Source: Nemertoderma westbladi
Lineage: Eukaryota; Animalia; Xenacoelomorpha
Reading direction: 5' to 3'
DNA length: 33,736 nucleotides
NCBI GenBank assembly: GCA_032718475.1
Contig: JAUCBJ010007959.1
Coordinates: 1-33,736 of the forward strand
Below are positions 1 through 10,400 of this stretch, in pieces (the stretch's first letter is position 1; every line of letters starts with the position of its first letter). The notes under the pieces were generated by a model. The model was not told the DNA's origin. It saw only the letters and a program-made list of their open reading frames with translations, and searched no databases. The translations under genes were made by a program, and so were the position numbers.

Positions 1-135
1 TGAATAGGCATTTCGATGTCAGCAGGTCGCTTGGTTGTCAGAGTGCGCGCCGTTGACAAAATATTTTACAATCTGACAACAGGGCTCGGGCTCGCCGTTG
101 GCAAAACGCGCGCCATTGGCAGGACGCGCGCCGTT

Positions 136-704
136 TGTGACGGGATCCACGGAGGATCCCGGTTTATCCGGTTTTCATCTACGCGTCCCCGCCGTGTGTG
201 AAAGGTAAAGAGAGTTATTGATCGCTGTATATAGTTCTCCGGGTATAATAGTATAAGATATGATATAAGGTATACAGATGATAACACAAAGTACAGTATA
301 AGATACAATATTGGATACACGGATGGTATACGAAGACGGTAATTGAAGTTCCGGTACTACCCTAGCTAAATTTACTTACTATAAGTGAATGAAATGATTA
401 CTGTACTGATAATATATATTGCACGGTTGGCCGTGTTACATTACTCAACCGATGCCTTCCCCCCATTGGCTAATAACCCTGTTGTCGCCCTTTGCCTCCC
501 CTGGAGGGTTTCCCTTCGCCCCTGTTACTCTCTCTCTCTCTAAGGGGTGTAACCCCTGACCCTTATTGTGTGTGTGTGTGTGTGTGTGCTTTCTCCTTCC
601 CACTTTGTTGGGGTGACACGAGGTTGATTGCTCACCCTCGTGTTCCCCAATATTGCTTAACGGCTCACTTTATGGGGTGGTTAGCGGAATTGGATAAGCT
701 AACA
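136..704 (-). repeat. LTR, variant C (569 bp)
   Basis: On - it starts TGTTAGC and ends GGATCCCGTCACA, directly after PPT GGGGGGGAG (705-713). Shares blocks with the LTRs at 5087 and 5836. Confidence 0.9.
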
Positions 705-1430
705 CTCCCCCCCATGCTATCTTCCCGGTGAGAAGATAGCATCCACCTCTAGTGCGCTACAATTCCGCTGGATCTCGACCTAGTATCGGGTGTGGGGTGG
801 AACTATTTTCTTTCGGAGCCGGCTTTCCAGGCCGCTCCCTATGGGTATGATAATGCTACCCCGTTTGCCTGGCGTCCCGTGTCGGGCCGATCGTGCGCTC
901 CTCCCACACGACTTTTGTTTCCCCAACACTTTCGCCACTGCAACTCTACTCTGTTTTCACCCTGACCCTCCTCTACTTTTCCTCACTTCGGCTTTAACTC
1001 TCGGGCTTCCCTGCCCCTCACTCAGCCTCTTATTCCTCCCCCCCCCCCCCCCCACACTTGAATTGCGCTCGCACTCTCTCTACACTCCGCACTTTCTCCG
1101 CACTACAACTCAACCTCTATCCTGACCACTCACTCCCGACGAGTTTCACCCCTCCCTTTTGTGCCGTCGCACTCAAGAAGCGTGATGTCGTCCAATGTAT
1201 CGTCCGTGGTGGTATTATAGTCCATTGGTCCCCAGTCCCAGTAGCTAATTGAGAAAGGTTATATGACTATACAGTAGTACTTACTTCGAATATATTTTTA
1301 TCACTAGATTACTGATTATTACGTACGTACATACAAATTGCACTTATTCGATTATTTTAGATTACTTGAATTTGTACTTAAGAGTTAGCACGTCTCACGT
1401 GGTGCCTTCCAGGCATGTTACACCGAAGTC

Positions 1431-1703
1431 TTAGTTCGTTCCACCAGCCTTTGGGAACCACCTCAAGTCTTTCCCTTTGTCGTCCTCCTCCCTGGGTCGT
1501 TTCCTGGTCACTGCCGCTCCTCTGGTCTTGTCTACTTTCTGGCTTCGGACTCTCGCCGCCACCTCCTTACTGATCCCGGTCGTCGACTCCTTGGGTGCCG
1601 GTGTTATTAGCTCCCGGTATCGCTTCGCGGGTGGCCCCTCCGAGTGGCCCTGTTGTCTCCCCCTGGTGGCGTCCCATAGGATCATCTTCATTGCCCGCGG
1701 CAC
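1431..1703 (-). pseudogene. C-terminal 90 aa of the accessory exonuclease/zinc-knuckle ORF
   Basis: 73/90 aa identical by hand alignment to 17807-18079, with no gaps and the same stop position. Confidence 0.9.
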
Positions 1704-2171
1704 AGATATTATTTAGTTCTAATCTACCAGCCTGCCAGCTGACCAGTTAACGTTTTTATTTGACTTTTTTGTCCTCCTTTTTTTACGAATTGTGCATAAT
1801 GACTTTTGGTGTCCCTTTAATGACTTTTGTTGTCCTTTTAATGACTTTTTATGTATGTACATATTTCTTCAAACTGTCAGAGTCAGACTGCTGATTTCTG
1901 GACTGTCAGACAGTTGATTTCAACATGCCTATGCCAAAACATTCAAAATTTGTTGATTTCTGCTCTGTCGGACAGTTCGTTTCACTATGCCTGTGCCAAA
2001 ACATTTAAAATTCCATGATTTATAGAATATGAGCTAGATTTCCATATGCGCCTGTCTGCCTGTGGTAAAAAAAACTCTATAAATTTAATAGTTTGTGGTT
2101 GTTGTCGATAATCGATTACCACATGACGTAGCAAAACACTCATTTTATAGCCAAAAAACAATTACAAATTG

Positions 2172-2331
2172 ATGGAAAGGAGCAGTAAGGCCGGATTTTC
2201 TAACCAAAACAATAAACAAACAGTCACTTTACCAAATGAAGGAAAGGAGCAGGTTACAGAGGCTAGCCTTTCTAACCAAATCAATAAACGGTCACTTTAC
2301 CAAATCAGGGAAAGGACCAGGTTACAGAGGA
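2172..2331 (+). repeat. ~69-bp tandem repeat, left part (continues at 4271-~4390)
   Basis: Units GGAAAGGAGCAGGTTACAGA...TTTCTAACCAAAACAATAAAC...CACTTTACCAAAT occur on both sides of the 2332-4270 insertion. Confidence 0.75.
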
Positions 2332-2758
2332 GAGGTAGAATAAAACGTCTGTCCTTATCTGATCTGATCTGACGGTATCTGATCCTATAACCAATCAGGA
2401 GAAAGAGATATAATATTTACCTAACTGTCTGTTAGGTAAATAGCCAATAGCTGAATAGGGGATCACGTTTCACGTTGCCTGTTTATGTATCAGTATTATC
2501 ATATGACGTAGCAGTACAGGCATACAGGTATGCATCTAATGCACAACTTTTTAATATATTTAACATATATAACAAATTTTAATATATATTATTATATATT
2601 AAAAATGCGATATAGGATGAAGGATGGCAGGATTGTCCCAGCAAAGATGGATAGTTTCAGATGTAAACAACTTTCGTAGATTTAGTTGGTGTTGAAACAT
2701 TAAACATTTATTAAAAACAATACAGCCTTTGCTGCAATATTTTCGTAAATCTTTCTTG

Positions 2759-3979
2759 TTAACCCTATTACCTTTTAACCATTATTTTGTGTGTTTTGAC
2801 CATTAGCACCACTGGGGGGGGGGGGGGGGGGGGGGGCGATTCGGCCCACCCACTATATTTTTGTAATCGTCCAATGAAATCCTACAAAATTTGGGCTGTT
2901 GGTGAAACAACTATAGATGAACACTCCCTACCAAACCTTAAAAAGTTAAAATTTCATAAGTAGGGACTCATAATTTTGATGAAAAATAAAGGTAGTCCCA
3001 GGACAAAATTACAAAATTTTTCGTTTTCTAAAAACTAATAGTGTGGCAGTGTTGGCTAGATTTAGTAGGTTTTTCAAGACGCTGAATCGAATGTGATTAT
3101 ATTCCATTTCCAAAAATTGAAGTGGATGCTATTTTTCGTGCACCTAAGAAGCGGGCGTGGCACTTCAAATTTTGAAAAATTAGATATTCAGAAAATGCCC
3201 ATAATTTTTTATTTCAACGCATCTTAATAGGTTTTCTGGGCCGCTGAATCGATTGAAAGTAATATAGAAGCCTGAAGACTTAGTGGTTCGCCATTTTTGG
3301 TGCACCAAAATTAGGGCGTGGCACTTCAAATTTTGAAAAATACGAGATTTGGAAAATAAACCAAAATTGAAATTTTAACGCATTTATATAGGTTATCTAG
3401 ACCGCTGAATCGATTGAAAGTATATAGAAGCCTGAAGACTTAGAGGTTAGCCATTTTTTGAAATCAAAACTTTTTGAAAAAAGATAAATTTAATAAAAAA
3501 TCGACCGAAAAGTGAAATCCTGGTATTCTTTACATGGGCGAAGAATACCAGACTTTATGCCGTTATATTTCACTTTGCAGTTACCCCCATGTGAAGAATA
3601 CCAGGTTTTCACCAAAAACACAGGTTACAGAACGGCTGAATATAACCAAAACAATAAACGAATTAGTATATTTACAGGTTATAAGACATAAATAAGCTCT
3701 ATAATACACTCAATAAAGATAAATTAAAAAATAATTAAAATCTTCATATATAAAATTCCAGTAAAAGTCGACTGAAAAGTGAAATCCTGGTATTCTTCAC
3801 ATGGGCGGTATTCTTCACATGGGCCGGCACCAAAATTTGGCACCAGCCGCTAAAAACAAATTTAAGATTTCTAGCTTATTTTATTTGAATTCCTTTTAGT
3901 TCGTTTCAGTTAGTCTTTCAGTTGGTATCGTAGTTTCAGAGGGGGAGGTGTTATATTGACCCCCCCCCCCCGGGTTTAA
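2759..3979. mobile_element. Possible nested TTAA-flanked non-autonomous element with internal direct repeats
   Basis: TTAACCC at the left and GGGTTTAA at the right. Poly-G near the left end mirrors poly-C near the right end. ~155-bp internal direct repeat (~3135-3460) and repeated AGTGAAATCCTGGTATTCTT motifs. TIRs are poor. Confidence 0.3.
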
Positions 3980-4119
3980 GGGGAATACCGGGGAAACTTC
4001 ACATGCTGGTCGACATAGGCAGAAAGTCCAGTACTCATTTCGCTAACATTTAAGGGTGCAAGGCAGAGATGCCTCGCTAAACCCTTCAAAACATTCGTGC
4101 CGAAACGAAATCTACCTTG

Positions 4120-4190
4120 AACCCATGCCGGGGTTGAACCCACAACCTCCGAGATATGTGAATTCAATATAACCACTACACCAAGGTGCG
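4120..4190 (-). other. tRNA-derived module (Pol III A/B boxes), not a functional tRNA
   Basis: On -: TGGTGTAGTGG (A box) ... GGTTCAACCCC (B box) at tRNA-like spacing. No good anticodon arm. Confidence 0.55.
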
Positions 4191-5086
4191 CTCTGAACCA
4201 AGGTGGAACAAGTGTCAGATACCGTCAGATCAGATCAGATCAGATAAGGACAGACGTTTTAGCCATCCTATACAGAGGAGGGATTTTCTAACCAAAACAA
4301 TAAACAATCACTTTACCAAATGAAGGAAAGGAGCAGGTTACATAGATGGTCTTTTCTAACCAAAACAATAAACGATACATTACCCAGGATGGAATTCAAG
4401 CATGAGCGCGCAGGTACGCTTTGTTGCTTCGAGATCACCGCGCAACTGAAATTGGCTCGTCGCGCACCTCATCATAATCCACACAAAATCACGTAGCTCA
4501 TTCAGTCATGTCATGCATATCTCAAAAAAACGTACAGCTCATAAGAACAATCCTCATTCGCATTCCTTTTTTACAAGTTTGAGCGTTTCGTTCAAAGCTT
4601 TATCTTAGTATGTTGCATCTACATAATAAATTAAACAGTTAAATGCAGTTGAATCGACATAATAAATTAAACAGTTAAATGCAATCAATCAATCAATCAA
4701 TCAAAAAATTGTTAATATTAAAAAATATTTTTATAATCCACTACATTTGCATTTGAAAATACATTACTCTATAGTCTATACTGTATAAAATTTGAATAAA
4801 TATGCAATACTTCATTATCATTAGGTACCAACCAGCCAGCCAGTAATACTGTGTATAATAATTAGTCTTAACATACAGTTGGCTTATATAATGTGATAGG
4901 CTTAATTAAGTCATACTTACTACATTGTTATACAGAAGTATATTGTTAATACAGAAGTACCGGTGCCGGAACCGGTACTAAAATACCTGCTTTATACCTA
5001 CATCTGTACATACAATACAGCAATACTGGAAAATAGTGTACTACCGGTACTGATAGCCTGAGAGAACAGCAGTAGAGAAACCGGTA

Positions 5087-5659
5087 TGTTAGCGTATTCA
5101 ATTCCGCTAACCAGGCCCACACAGAGTTGGTTTTAAGCAATATTGGGAGCACGAGGTTGGTTACCAATCAACCTCGTGTCACCCCAATAAGCGGGGACAA
5201 TAGGCCCCAAGGGAACACACACAGCGGGGGTCAGAGGTTACACCTCCGGGAGGGAGAGAGAGACAGCAGCGGGGGGGAAGTACTCCCAGGGAGATGGGAG
5301 GGTGAGAAGTGAGTTACTAGCCAATGGGGGGAAGGCATCGGCTGAGTAGTGTAATGCGGCCAACCGGTGCAATATATTACCATTTCACTGTATCATTCAT
5401 TCACTCATTAGCTAGTCAGTTCAGTTAGGGTAGGACGGCAACTTTATTACCGTTCAGCCGTCTATTCATTCATGTTGTCTGTATACTGCAATTACTAACT
5501 GCATTCACTATAACTGTGCTTATACTTTATACTATTTTATATTATATACATACCGAGCGATTAACAATAGGAACTCTAATAAACTCTTTTCACACGGCGG
5601 GACGCGTAAATAAATCTAACCACCGGATAAACCGGGATCCTCTGTCTGATCCCGTCACA
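5087..5659 (+). repeat. LTR, variant A (573 bp)
   Basis: TGTTAGCG...GATCCCGTCACA. CCAAT (~5321), TATA-like (~5372) and AATAAA (5578-5583). Followed immediately by a PBS. Closer to LTR-C than to LTR-B in its 3' half. Confidence 0.88.
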
Positions 5660-5667
5660 TGGTAGCA
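5660..5667 (+). promoter_or_regulatory. Primer-binding site, probably tRNA-iMet
   Basis: TGGTAGCA directly after the LTR CA end, complementary to the 3' end of metazoan initiator tRNA-Met (...UGCUACCA). Only 8 nt match. Confidence 0.65.
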
Positions 5668-5687
5668 TGGAACCTAACTGTAAACCC

Positions 5688-5835
5688 ATCATACCCATAG
5701 AGAGCGGCCTGGAAAGCCGACTCCAAGAAAGAGGAGTCCACCCCACACCCGATAGTAGATCGGGTTCCAGCGGAATTGAAGCGCACTCGTAGATGATGCT
5801 ATCTTCTCACCGGGAAGATAGCATGGGGGGGGGAG
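5688..5835 (+). repeat. Duplicate of the element's 3' UTR end including hairpin and PPT
   Basis: Near-identical to 18646-18792 (3 substitutions, 1 G indel). Confidence 0.93.
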
Positions 5836-6446
5836 TGTGAGCGGATTCAATTCCGCTCCACCAACCCCATAAAGTTGGGAAGTGGCGTTTTAAGCAATAT
5901 TGGGGAGTACGAGGTTAATCACAATCAACCTCGTACCACCCCCAATAACAGGGACAACACACGGCCCCAAAGAGCCACACAAAAGAGGTTATAGGTCAAA
6001 CCTCTTGGAGAGGGAAAGTGACAGCAGCGGGGGGGGGGGGGGGGGGGGAAACACTCCCACAGAGGTGGGAGCCGAGAATTAGGTTATTGGCCAATCAGGG
6101 ACAAGGGAAAAGCATCCGCTAGGTAGCAAGGCCACAAGTAGAGTAGAGGTGAATATATATTACCGGTTAACGTTTGTGCCTCTTTCAGTTATCTCAGTCA
6201 CACAGTGGGGACCAGTGACATTTTTGTACCGTCACCGCCGTTACCGGTATCCTATTCAGTATTTGCAATCATAGCTTATATCATATTATTCCTTATCACT
6301 GTTCTGGACAACTGTGCTATTATATTCAGTTAACTATATTACCGTTTATATCAACATCAAAGGTAACAACAACAAACTATCTTTTCTCAATCGCGCGGTG
6401 ATGCGTAACACAAATCAACCGGTCGGGATCCTCTGATCCCATCACA
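5836..6446 (+). repeat. LTR, variant B, upstream copy
   Basis: TGTGA...TCACA termini. ~99% identical to 18793-19401 (5 substitutions plus poly-G length). Not followed by a PBS. Confidence 0.95.
6089..6190 (+). promoter_or_regulatory. Putative LTR Pol II promoter: CCAAT, TATA-like, initiator TCAGTT
   Basis: GGCCAATC (~6089), TATATAT (6154) and TCAGTT (6185-6190). The same order and similar spacing occur in LTR-A and LTR-C. Confidence 0.5.
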
Positions 6447-6537
6447 GTACAAAAATCACAAAGATTATTTTAGTACAAATATCTTGAATACCACTGCTAG
6501 AACTGTGACTGCCAGCCACCAGGGAAAAAGTTAAAAG

Positions 6538-9500
6538 ATGAGCGGAGAACCCCAAAATCTAGAGGGAGAGACGACACCGCCGCAGAACCCGGACGATACC
6601 AACGAAACGATCCGTGAGGCCGCAACGCGACGGTATCGACCCGCAATGCCGGACTCGCCGGAGAGAGACGATCCGGCAGCCCAAGCGGAGGGCGGCCGTC
6701 TACCAGGACGAGAGGATGAGTCGATGCACGATGGCGGTCGAAGTACCGATGTCGCCGGCCAGCCACAGGCCGAGGACGACGGACGGCCCACCGGAACGGC
6801 GACGGTGGGGCCGCCGGTACGACGCCGAACCAGGAGTGGAGGAGGAGAGATCGGCGACGAGGACGTCGGAATCAGTGACCGGCTCCGACGAGCCTACAAC
6901 GCGACGAAGAAACAGCTCAGGGAGGCCAGAGAGGGAGCAAAAGTAGACCAAGGGAAGTTGAACCAGCGACTAGGTGAGTCGAATAAACACTTTAGATACC
7001 TTGTTCGCTTTGGACAGGGAGAACTAGCCAGTGAGAGAGCGAGGGGGGTCGCCACCGAACTATTTGAACTGTGGCAGTCCAGGATAATGGAGCCCCAAGT
7101 AGTGTACATAGGGCCGTATTTAGTGGATGCTAGGGGAATTAAGTTAGTGAGTTGGGCAGACCCACACAAGGGCGAATCCGAGATTAACCCCGAGGATTCG
7201 GTCTCGTCGGTTAGCGAGAACCCCAGAAAGCGGGGGAAAGTTAGTAGGACAGAGAGGCGACGGGGGTCCATCGCGACCGACAAGTCCGCTACATCCTCCG
7301 CAAAAGCAAGAAGGGTGTTAGAAATAGATCTGGCGTGTCAATTAGACATGGTGGCGCTAGACCAGAAAGAGTTAGAGAGGCAGTTTGAAGAGGGAACTGC
7401 GTTGCTAGAAAGAGAGAGAGAGCTGGCGAGAGAGAATAAAGAGAGGGCTGAGAGGGTTGCGAGAAACTTTAGAGAGTGTGAGGAGATAGAAATGAGGGAA
7501 GGAAAGGAGCAAGAAGAGCGAGAAACGAATGAGGCGAAGGAGCGAGAAGAGCGAGAAACGAAAGAGGCGAAGTGAGGCTGGCTCGGGTAGTATCTACGAG
7601 GAGCTGGAAGTTATGGAAACGTTTGTTAATACCCCACTTACAGGGACCGGACGACAGACCCAAGACTGGTGTAACCGTACGGGCGGGGGGGGGGGGGGGG
7701 GGGGGGGTAATAACAATACATTAGAGGACGTTAATATTAATAGTACCATAGTTGATAACCCTAATCAAACTTTCATTGCAGGAAATAATATTTTGCCCGA
7801 TAATAGTAATTTAAATCCGAACGATCCTAATTTAAATAATAATCCAAATAATTCAAATAATCTAGATTTGAGTATACAAAATAATTCAAATAATTTAAAT
7901 TTAAATACGCAAAATAATCTAAATAATAATTTTAATTCAAACGATCAGAATAATCCCGATTCTAATTCAAATATACAGAATAATTTAAATAATAACCCGA
8001 ATTCAACACAGAATAATTCTAATAATTTAAATAATTTAGAAAATAATATTGATACTGGTGCTATTAATGTAAACGCGGCAGACGTAGGTGGTCCGACCAG
8101 CGAGAGCCTGGTAGGCCACATAGTTAGTATGCAGGGAGTAATGGGGGTGAGAGACCCCGAAGGGAGCCTGGTAGGCCACGTAGTTAGTGCGCAGGGAGTG
8201 GCGGAGTTGAGTCAACCCGACGGGAGCCTGCCAGGCAACGCAGTGATAGAGGGAAAGGCGGGGGTGAATAGACCCAGCTGCAGTAGAGTTAGTGCGTTGA
8301 CTAGAGAGGGGCGTAGAGGCGAAGTGAGAGACAGTGAAGTGATAGGTGGCGAGTGGGGGGGGGGGGGGAGGCTACAGGAGCCCCACAATGAGAGATTAGC
8401 GGCGAGAGGGGGGGGGGGGGGCAGAGAGTGTCCCACAGGCACCCAGTGATGGAGAATAGTAGGTGGATTACGAATATCCCCAGCGGCGTGCGACTGGGTA
8501 GAGAGAGAGAGAGGTTGGCGTTGCGAGAGGGCGAGCGACGACATGTCGAGCCCAGTCAGAAGAGGGAAGAAGAACAGTGGAGTTTAACCAGGAGGTCGAC
8601 GAGAGATCTCACGAGCGGGGACGCTACACTGCGACCTGGCGAGGTGTATTATACGCCGAGAGAGGGGTACAGGGCGTACCGGTACGAGGACGAGAATAAT
8701 AGAGGGGATCGAAGAGAACCTTCCCGACGGGATATAGCTGCCGATCGAGGATACGGTAATCGCGGGGAGGACTTCTTGGATTATTCGAGAAGGTTAAACT
8801 TCGGTCCGGAGGGACACATACAGACTGCTGGACATACTGTAGGCCTTACTGCACATACTATAGGCCATGCTGGGAGAGATAATGTAGGCGATAGGGCAGC
8901 GCGGACGACGGGATTAAACCCGGAAGTCGCGGAGTACATACCGGTAGGTAGGCCAGAAGTGGATAGGCCTATACCGGTACCAGCACAACAGTATGACTAT
9001 AGCATGCAGGGACATAACATATATCCAGGGGAGGGGAGAGTTATTGCGGATAGGTGTATGGGCCCCAATATATTAACATCAACCCCAGTACCAAACATAC
9101 CGGTGGGGGGGGGGGGGGCAGGGTGACATTCCCCCATCACAATATCAACAATATACTCAAACAGGGATAAGAACATCGAACCCCCTGGACGAGAACAGAT
9201 CCTGTGACACAGAAATATGGAGGGGGCCATTACCCCCAATGATATATCCGACGCAAAGGAGGGCAACAGACAGGACGAGCGGACCGCACCCAACGGGAGA
9301 ATCTGTACAGCTTCCATCGAACCCATTGGAAGCACAGGCGATGGGAATGGCTACATTAATCGATGCACTGAAGCCCAGAATCGAGTTACCACCTGTAGAA
9401 CCATTTAAATTCGATGGAAGTAGGCCAGAAGAATACCTGCAATTTCGGCGCATGTACAGCAATGAGATATTGACTAAGAACCTGACGCAGGCGGAGTGCC

Positions 9501-10400
9501 TAAAATATCTACAGTTATATACAGGGGGCCCAGCGTATGACATTGTAAGGCAGTACCAGGGCATCGAGGGTGGCTTCACGACAGCATGGCGGGCGCTAGA
9601 CAGGGAGTACGGGCACCCGGCCAAGATCATCCGGCAGACCCTAAAAGGTATAACATCGGGTGGCCTACAGGATAACCCCATTAGCATAAAGACGTTTGCG
9701 AACAAAGTCGAGAAGGCGCTAATCGTGTTGAAGACGTTAGACGCGCCATATGAACTCAACGCATCTAATAACATCACCACGATAGCGCAGGCACTGCCAA
9801 TCTGGCTGCGCAATAAATGGAGGAAAATCGCTTTCTCCACCAGGGAGAAGAAGGGTGCGGAACCGGGCCTAGAAGAAATGTCGAGCTTCCTCAACTACGA
9901 AGCCGAATTGATCACAGACCCAGTCTATAGCGAGGATAGTCTGGGAAAGGGGCCAAAGACCGAATACAATAGGCCGAAACCAGAACACAACACGGCGAAC
10001 GCATTGCCAAAGCTCCGGCAATCGCTGCCATACTTGGCGACGCAGGGGACTGCTAGTCCACATGTAGCCGGGGGTAGGGCCACACCATGGAGCGGACAGG
10101 GGCAAAATAACAATACAAACAAACACAACCCCAACACGCCCAGTAGGCCGAAAACAAACAATAAGAATAATAGGGATCTAGGTACGAACGCAAGTGCGAT
10201 ACGCAGCGCACTATATAAGGATGGCTATAACCCAAACAACAAATGCCAATTACACATGAATGCACTTCATCAGACCATGAACTGCAGATATTGGCAAGCA
10301 CTGCCAAGAGAAGATCAGATAGAATACGCGAGGAGGAGCGAAGTCTGTCCTCGATTTGTGACGGGTGGACATAGAGCTAACCAATGCAAGGAAACACCAA
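6538..10400 (+). pseudogene. gag: Gag region of BEL/Pao polyprotein (frameshifted)
   Basis: ATG 6538. Consecutive ORFs 6538-7575, 7529-8449, 8428-9126 and 9239-. Coiled coil, Asn-rich tract, BEL capsid-like PFKFDG...YLQFRRMY...CLKYLQLYTGGPA...AWRALDREYG, and degenerate Cys/His knuckles (CQLH..H..C, CPRF..H..C). Two shifts lie at poly-G runs. Confidence 0.85.

Larger units (their letters stand above)
136..1703 (-). mobile_element. 5'-truncated sister BEL/Pao element (accessory ORF C-terminus, 3' UTR, PPT, 3' LTR)
   Basis: Reverse complement is colinear with 17807-19401: ORF tail, conserved UTR blocks, poly-G, pre-PPT hairpin, PPT and LTR. Homology stops abruptly at ~1703. Confidence 0.9.
2332..4270. 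mobile_element. Non-autonomous TIR DNA transposon, Mutator(MULE)-like
   Basis: Inverted repeat TAAAACGTCTGTCCTTATCTGATCTGATCTGACGGTATCTGA (2341-2382 vs 4215-4261), starting 9 nt in from each end. Flanked by direct repeat TACAGAGGA (2323-2331, 4271-4279). A 9-bp TSD is typical of MULEs. No transposase ORF. Confidence 0.75.

Noticed and set aside
44-135. Repeated GCGCGCCGTTG motifs next to LTR-C
   Set aside because: Short fragment cut by the window edge and the LTR insertion, so it cannot be classified.
8405-9120. Programmed frameshifting at gag poly-G runs
   Set aside because: Long homopolymers are prone to slippage or sequencing error, and BEL/Pao gag-pol is normally a single ORF.
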